A DNA stretch of 64,000 nucleotides, taken from assembly GCA_001643675.2 (NCBI GenBank), contig LSRY02000041.1:434001-498000 (forward strand), in the 5' to 3' direction. Each line of letters begins with the position of its first letter. Positions within the stretch are counted from its first letter, which is position 1. The notes beneath the pieces are model-generated. The model was not told the DNA's origin. It did no database searches and saw only the letters and a program-made list of their open reading frames with translations. Positions 52,364 to 61,200 of this stretch are shown one piece after another. The position numbers were made by a program, and so were the translations under genes. The DNA comes from Monocercomonoides exilis PA203. Its lineage: Eukaryota; Protista; Preaxostyla.

Positions 52364-52620
52364 GGGTGATTATTTTTGAAATCATATCTTTTTTCGGGGT
52401 GTTGATTTTTCAAAGATTGTTTGTTTTTAGAAAGAAAATTTTAATTCAAAAGTGAAAAAGCATGATAATTGTTTTTTAAAACAAATGGTTTTTCCGAGTC
52501 AAAGATTAAAATGCATTCAATAAGCCTTTTCACTTTTCAATTCTTTTTTATTGATATTAAAGAAATATATTTGCACCGAAATATTTGAATGAAAAAATAT
52601 GATTTCAAAAATAATCACCC
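52364..52620. mobile_element. 257-bp MITE of the GGGTGAT-TIR family
   Basis: Perfect 24-bp TIR GGGTGATTATTTTTGAAATCATAT. The TSD is not clean (TAT|...|AAT). Confidence 0.75.
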
Positions 52621-52899
52621 AATATGTTCATCCAATTTCAGATAATCCTTCTCAAAATTCAAACATTTTGATTTCATTGTATTTTTTTATCTAATGTCAA
52701 CGGTTACCAAAAATTGAAGAAACAACAAAATATTTCAGCAAAGGCAAACAACACCGTTTCAAATTGTAAAATATGAAGGAATATTCTAAGATTGATAACA
52801 TGGAATTTATTTCTTTATACTGCAACATATTTGATCGAATGAATTTCATTTCCTTTTTTGATATTTCATTATAGAAGTCGAAAGATTAAAACCCTTAAA

Positions 52900-54561
52900 A
52901 TGACAAACCATTGCGAACTTTCTGCATCAGACCTTCAAAAAAAATGGCGTGTGCTGAAATTTGGAAATTTAACAGCATTTCTGTGAAAATTTTTGAAATA
53001 AAATAAGATAATGTTTCTTCACATCGTGTGGTAATTGGAAATGGTATTTTATTGAAAGGCGCTTGATATCGAGGAGCAAATGCCCACAGAAACAATAGAG
53101 ATGATTGCATCAATGAAATCCTTTTATCTATCCAGACCAAGTGATTGAGACAATGGAAAACAAAACACTTGTTTTTTCCTTTCAGAAAGGAAGATTGTTC
53201 GAAGAAAAGATTTCCATTTTGTGATCTGAAATATGAATTTCTCATCTCTTCATGATTATTTTTTATTATTAAGATGAAAGATTATTATGAAGAAAACTCT
53301 CAGGAAAAAACAAAAAAAAATTTCCATGTATTTCAGCTGCATATAATATGATCGATCATAACAAAATTCTCAAATTTGCATCGTCCAAATTGATGGAACT
53401 ATCAAAAATGTTGGCACAGTCACCTGATGATATCAGAAAATGGTTGAATCAATTCCAAAAAGTTTTGGAAACAAACAATTTTGGTGAAAACGGTATGTTT
53501 AATTTCGATGTCACATCAACGAGATGTGGAGAAAGCTCATGCAAGCTGCGTGTGTGTTTAAGAAATCAAATACCTCCTTCACACCCAATTCCCAACAAAA
53601 CAACAAATTCGACTCTATGTGTTTGCGTTTGTGCTGATGGATCGTCTTTGCCTTCTTTTCTTCTGTCTTCCAGTCGAAAGCTTCCAATAGAATTTCGAAC
53701 CCTAACGTCATTCAACATTCGTTTTCTCTCATCATCTTCAGGATGTAAAAATTCATCAATTTTTGAAACCATCATGATTTCCCATTGGATTCCATCGATT
53801 AAAACAAAAATGAAACTCTTGAATATGTCAAAGGCTGTTTTCCTTCTTGATAATCATCCTTCTCACATCAATGATAAGTTGAGAAATGCGCAGAAAAACA
53901 AGGAATAACTGTCATCAGATTTCCTCTAAATCTTACTCATCTTCTTTAGCAATGCGACAGTGGCATATTTGAAAGATTTAAAAAGACTTTTAATGACAAT
54001 TTCAACCCATCGAAGACACATTCTTCCTCTTCGTTTCGAAGTGAATTGGAAAAAGTTCTTCCTGAAGTACTCACTTCTTCAACACCTCCATCAACAATAA
54101 AAAGCGCGTATCAGATTACTGGTATTTGGCCTGTGATGGCAGCATCTGTTCTGTCAAAAGTTTCTGGTTCACCCATTTCGCAAAGAACAAAGAAAAAATC
54201 AAACTGGGACTCGGAGTTGTGTGGAATATTTTCTCCCACAAACATAAAAATAAAAACAAGAAGAAGTCATATGGAGAGCAGCAACTTGAATCCAGCAGAT
54301 AGTGAGGAAACATCTGTGGCAAATTTTCCAGACATAAAGGATGGCAGCATTCCTGTGAAAAGTTTGACGAAAAAAGAGAAGAAATATAGAAGTCAGTTCA
54401 GGAAAATGCTGAGTGACAAAAATGAGAGAAATGAGAAAAGTTTGAATGATGAGAAAACATTTAACAAGTATGAATTGAGAGAAAGAAAATTAAATAAAAA
54501 GATACTTTTCATTTCTGTCGATGATGATGAAAACTTTGCGAAGAGTTTTTGTGTCATATAG
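52900..54561 (+). pseudogene. Third decayed pogo-like DDE_1 transposase
   Basis: MFNFDVT (D1), STLCVCVCADG, FLLDNHPSH (D2), a frameshift, then IRFPLNLTHLL*QCDSG (D3) and IKSAYQITGIWP. TIRs not identified; 5' boundary approximate. Confidence 0.82.
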
Positions 54562-55293
54562 ACTCTCGTTAACAAATTCCAATACAATTCTTTTCTTGAA
54601 AAAGTATGTGTGTATTTTGACTTTTTCGTTAATAAATATAAAGATTGTTATTCATTAGGATGTTTTGATTTTTTATTCAAAAAAGATAATCAAAATTAAC
54701 TTTTTACTTAAAGAAAATTTGTGTAAATAATCAAAGAAGAATATCCCCCAGTTAAAGAAAAAGTACCGTGTTTTAGAACGATGGTATGTGTTTTTGTTTT
54801 TTTATAAATATTAAATTCTAAAATTATTATATTTCGTTCCATATACATTGCCATATCAAACACTTTTCCCAAACTTATAATTAAACAACAACAGAAAAAG
54901 TTGGTTATAAATTTGTTATTTTTTCATGAAAGCAAAAAATTTGACCAGCATTGTTGAGTTTGAAATTATTTTCTTCTCATAAAAATAATTTCATATTCAA
55001 TAAATTCATTCAATTAAAGGAAGTGAGCAATGGTTAGTTGCTAAAAATATTAAAATTGTAAGAATTAAAAAAGTTATTAATTATTTTGTAGTTTCATTGA
55101 CTTTCTTCCAGTTTCATTATACCTCTTTAAATTACTAAGTTATTTAAAATATTATCCTTTGAAAATAACTTTCAGGCACAACGAGCAAAATAATCAAATT
55201 CAACAACAATATGAGATGAAAAGAAAAAACACGTACTTTGAAAATATTTCAAAAATATTTCAATAAATGAAAATTACTCAAAAAGAGATAATT

Positions 55294-58200
55294 TCAAACA
55301 TCAAATTCTACATCTTTCTCCTTTCCGCAAACTATCTTCCCAAGTAATCTGGATACACGCCTTATCAATAACAAGAAAATGAATGAAAAATCTGACGATG
55401 ATATAATTGAAGAATTCTTGATGGAAGAAAAACCATAAAGCAAAGAAAGCAAAGAAGAAGCAAAAGGCTGAAGCTTTCCAGATGCGAACGAAGAAAAAGT
55501 ATCTGCATTAGAACAAGAGCATATAACATTGCAATTGTCCTTGCATACACTTGAACCCTTCAAAGAATCAAGTCTTCCCAAGCTGAACAAAAGAAATCGA
55601 AGAAGACAACGAATAGCTTCAGGAGGAAATTGCAACACATAAGTTGAAGAGAAACGGTTAATGATTTGCCTGAGAACAATCTCGAGCCTTGACCAAACAA
55701 AATCCTGAAGAAAACTTGCTGCTCTAAACGACGAAGATGAAAAATGACGATGCGACGAAAGATGGAACAAAACAGAAATCGAAAGTCGAGAAGAACGCAG
55801 ACTCCTTTCCAACAAAGAAAGATGTGTGGGACTTTCAACAAATGCGTTTGTGCGAAGAGAGTTTGCTGTCGTTAACAAAACTGAAGATGCAATTTGAATT
55901 AAATAACTCAAAGAAGATCGAAATGCAAGCAATATTGATGGATCTGATTGTCTCATTAAATCAATTTTGAGTGAATCAATGTTACACTTTTCCTCTTTGC
56001 TAGGCATATCTTCCTTTTCTTGGATTGAATCCTTCTTTTCATCTTTGTTACGCTTATCACCTGAATGCAATTGTGAGAAACTTATATATGAAGCTGATAA
56101 AAGCAACTGCTGATGTGCAAATGAATACAAAATAAATTGTTGAATTTCTCTCTTTCTCCACCAAATCGTTGAAATTGTTGGGAAATCTGGAGATTTCATA
56201 AAAAGTGAATACAAATGGAAAGGAAGAGATGCAAATGATGGCTGATATTCTCCGTCTTGATCTTCAATTTCGTCATCTTCGTTTCCACCCCGATGAAATG
56301 ATCCCTCTTCTTCACTCTTTTCCAGTTCTTCTTTTACAACTTTTCTCTCAAATTCCTGTTTTTGAGGTGAAACTTGCGCGGACAATGGCATTAGAGGAGG
56401 CGGGGGAGGAGAAGGCGAAGGTGAAGGAGAGTTGTGTCTCCTGGTGATAAACTCAGAAAGCTTCATTTTTTTGTCTTTTGCACCAACACTTTTCGGTTCA
56501 AGCGCAAATGAGACATGCGACGTGGTCGGTGTCTTTCGACCGTCTTCCTTGTCTTTCTCCGCTTCCTTTTCATTCTCCATCAAACTCATTTCTTTATCCA
56601 CAACCATAAACCCAGATGTAGGCTGCTTCAGTGCAACTGAGCGAAATGACGGAGAAGGAGTAGAACGCGTGGAAGAAGGAAGAGAAACGCTTTGCTCTTC
56701 AGTTGATTCTGCCGATAAGGTTGTGATAGCTTTGAGATTTGTAGGCGACGATGACGGAGACCGTAACGAAGGAGAAGAAAGAGAGGACGCAGAAGAAGGA
56801 AATGCAGACGAGTGCATAGAAGAGGTGTGATATGGAGGAGGATTTGGAGAAGAAGAGGAAGAAGGAGGAAACAAAGGTTGTGAATTGTTAGAGTGACTGT
56901 TTGAAGAAGAGGCAGAAGAAGAAGAAGGATGCAAACGATGCAGATGAAGAAGGTGTTTATGAGAATGATGACGATGAGCTTCTTTTTCCTCTTTATTGCT
57001 TTCGTATTTCGGCAGAAATCTTCTTTGTCGCTGAAATGAAGCAGAGACAAATGTTGATTCAGAAGAAGAAGAAGATGGAGAAGAAGAATTCATTTGCTCA
57101 CTGTCTTCAGATTGAGATGCTTGTGAGTTCGAAGATGAACGAACAGAAAAACTATCTTCCACCGTTTTGCTTTCGTTCCTTTCTCCTTTTCTTTTCTTTG
57201 ATGTTCTCTTTGATGTTCTATTTTTCACTCTTTTTCTTTCCATTTTAAGAGGGATACACTCGCATTCACTCAACGAATACATATGCCAGTTGTCATCTAC
57301 CTCGCTAACCCATTCCGTCTCATTCAACATTCGCTCCACGTCTTTCTCTGTTTCTTCATCATACTCAGCAACAATCCCCTTGTTCTCTCTATCTCCCTTC
57401 ACATTCTTTTCTTTTCTTTGATTCGCGAATTCCTTAAGCGAATTTTGTAAAATATCTGATTTCAATGATGGAACAGATATATTGTCTTGTGAATACTTGT
57501 TGTCATCCAAAATACGTGGCTCATCCGTTCTCTCTCTTCCACAACCGATAAAAGTATTCTTGTTCCTTTTTGTGTAATTCAAAACGTTTTCCATTTTGCT
57601 CACTTCATCTGCAACATCCTGAAAGAATGAAATGCTTAAATTAACTCTTTCTTTTAGTTCTTTATCATCCATCTTTTCAATCTCATTTTTTTCTTCTCCT
57701 TCGTTTCCTTTTTTCTTCTTTCCAGTTAACCTCTCTCTTCTTCTTCTTCTTCTTTCTCTTTGTTTTCTGCCTGCAATTATCCTTCTCTCGTTCTCATGTA
57801 ATCTTTTTGCTTCTCTCTTCTCTTCTTCCTCTTTGATATCTTCTCCATCTTCAAAAATATTCAATATTTCAATCGGACGGAACAGAGAAGAACAAGAACT
57901 CGAATGAACGTGCCGATGATGGTGCTTGCGAAGTGCTCTCGGAATCTCATCGGCTGGCCATTCTTCTCCCGACAGACATTCGTTTACTGATGCGCCCCAA
58001 TTCGAAGTATTCGAAGCTGACATGGATTTATTGAGCGAACCAAATGCAGAAGTCAAAGGCAAGGAAGCCATTTGCGGTGAAGAAGAAGGCAAAATAAAGT
58101 TCTGTTTTGTTTGTTTTTTATTTGGTATCTGAAAGAAAGATAGCTTCTTTTGTTCTGTTTGAAGAACAGTCACAAACGCCATATCAGAAGGATCCGATGA

Positions 58201-61200
58201 ATCAGAGGATTTTTGCAGGTATTGATAGGACGAGGATGAGAAAGAAGGAGAAGGAGGAGACGCTGTGTACATCATCGGGGAACGAGATGAAGAAAGGTTT
58301 GAAGCATATTTCTGTACAGACACAGATGTAAGGGCCGAAATGATGTGTGGAAAGACCTCCAAAAAGAAAGATGAAGATGAAGATGAAGCGGATGCTGAAG
58401 CCGATAATAATAATGATGATGGAGAAAATGACAGTGAACTTTTCTTCAATGTCAATGCATCCTCTGAAGCGTTTGATGCTGAGTCATTCAACTCAGGCCA
58501 TGTGCACTTAACAATGCTGTCGCTCAATTGCACCATCTTTTTCAGCATTTCCTGTTTTTCACTCAAAGTCTTTTCTGCTTTGCTCTCATCGTTTTCACAT
58601 GATAATTCATTCACTTCTTCACTTTCTCTTTCTCTTTCCTCTTCTTTCCCTGTTTCTTTGGTTAATCTTGCCATAAACACAGAAGTCATCAGCAAAGCAG
58701 GACCGCACAGGGGATGATGTGGAAGAAGCAGAAACTGATACATTCGCTGCAGGAATTGCGAATAAAACGAAAAAGTTGAAGAAGTTAATGAAGAAACAGA
58801 ATCTGATCCGAAAAGTGTGGCGAATGGAGAAAAATGAGCCAATAATGTGATAACAGACAAGCACAGTGAAATGAACTTGCAGCACACAAGAAAATGACAC
58901 AAAAACAACTGACTTTCAAGATGTGGATACGATAAAGCAACAACTGGACGTGATGAAAATGGTAAATGCTTTGATGTTGACCTTCGAGAAGTTTTCGAAG
59001 AAGACTTCTCAGTTATGTTTTCATTTGCAGCTTCAGTTTTATCGATCAAATCTCTTCTATAGTCTTCATTTCCTTCCTCCTCCTCCCACTCTTCACTCAC
59101 TCTCTGTTTTGCTCCGACCTTTTCTTCAAAAGATGGGACAGATAGAATATCTTTCCATTCCTTTGCCTGATGCAAATGCTCAACAGAAACAAGAGTTAAC
59201 AACCCAAAGTCAAGAAGCATCAGAAGAGCAGCAAAAGAAGTCGAGAAAATGCGGTTGAGAGCAGAATCAGAAAAGAACGAAGCAGAAAGGTTAGATAAAT
59301 TGGAAGATAATATCGTATCACAGCTCTGAATTCCACTCACAAACTCTTCTTCTTTTGTTCCAAAAGGCGAATCAAACATAAAATGATCAGAATCAAATTG
59401 AGAAGAAAGAGACTGATATGGTGGACAATCTACAGGAACAGTTGAACTACTGCTGTAGAAAGCATAAAGAGTGGAATGGAGAATGATGTGGAAAGCAGAA
59501 AGATGCAGGAAAGGCAAACGAATGCGTTTGGTGTCATTGACAAAGTTTGATTTCAGTTGAGAAGGGATTATCAGCGAGGAAGAAATGGCAGGGAAGAGAG
59601 AAGTGGAAAAGACAGAAGGAGATATCAATGGAACTGGTGTTGATGGACTGGAAGGTGAAGAAGAAGAAGAAGAAGAAGATGCAGCTGACAATACGGAAGA
59701 GTGCAAAGAAGTCAACGAGGAAGGAGGTAACGGAGCTGAGATGCTTGGGGAAGAAGAAGGAGATGGATAAGGTGAAGAAGACAGTGAAGGAATAAGAGAA
59801 TGCAGATGATGCTCAACGAGAAGGGAAGAAGTAGAGTTTCCAAGAGAAGAAGCGGTGACGTTCACAAGCATTGAAGAAGGAGGAAGAGGAACATCAGATC
59901 CAGTGACTGGATCAACACTTGAGGTGCACGGGTTTGAAAATGAGTACAAGGAAGAAAAAGATGTTGATTGAGAAGGGTTATTCAAAGAAGAGTATTGAAG
60001 TGTGGCAAAATGGAGAGGAGGAATAGAAAGTGCAGAGAGAGCTGAAATAACAACAAGACCACAAATAGAATCAACGCTCGTCAGTTTTGGATGAGGATTC
60101 TCTCCTTCCCATTCAGATGAGTTTGAGAGGAATGAAGATGCAGAGGAAGTCAAAAGTTTCGATGACAATGGAAGATCATTAGAATCAGAACTTTGAATGT
60201 GTTCAACCTCAACTTCATCTTCTTTCTTTTCCATTTTTCCATTTTCACTTGTTCTTTCTTTGCTCATCATTAAACATTTTCGACTTTTCATTTCTAGGAT
60301 GTCTTTCTCTTCTTCTGTTCCATCAGACTCAATCGAATCACAAATATTCAGCCCTTTGCCCCAGTCTCCCTCTTCTTCACCTTCTCCTCCATTTCCACTC
60401 CCATTCTTCTCTTTCTCTTCCATTCCCCTCAATTCTTTCTCATATTCTTCTTCTTCTTCCTCTTCATCTTCGTCTTCAATCCGATTGATTCTATGCGAAT
60501 AGTCCGAGAACGCTTCCTGTTGGCTGCTCAGATCTTTGAACAAACCGACTGTTCTGAACGAATGAGGAGAGAGAAACAGAAGAGGATTGATAAGAGAAGG
60601 CGAAAGACGAAGAAAAGGCAGTGAAAATTGGGTCGGAGAAAGCGAATGAATACTCGGATTGACACTGGATGAGACAGAAGAAGGAGAAGGAGAAGAGAAA
60701 AGATGACGGCAAGATGAAATAAAGAAAGGGGAAGGAGGAGGATGAGGATAAGTAGATGGAACAAGAGTGCGACAGTAATAGCGAAGAACAGAAATCGGAG
60801 GATACGATGAAGAAGACAAAGAAGAAGGAGATTGGGAAGGAGACGGAAGAGGAGCAAATGCTGGTTTGTTTGAAGGCATAACAGAAGGCTTTTTGATTGT
60901 GTTATAAGAAGTGAAGGAAGAAGGATTAACAGGATATGCATATGCAGAAGACGAAAGAGACACATCTTTTTCTTTCTTGAAATCTTTATTAACTTCAGTT
61001 TCACATACTGTTTTTTCATCTTCTTGTTCTTTTTCTGATCTCTTTTCCTTCTTTTCAAAACAATTTTCTTTTTCTCTTTTTTCTTCTTCCTCTTTCAACT
61101 TCTCAGCCATCAGACAATAATTCACAGCAGATGGATTGCGCGGAGTCCAGAGAAGAAGCAGAAATGCCAAATGGATAGCTTTTTGATGAGTCAGCGCGCA

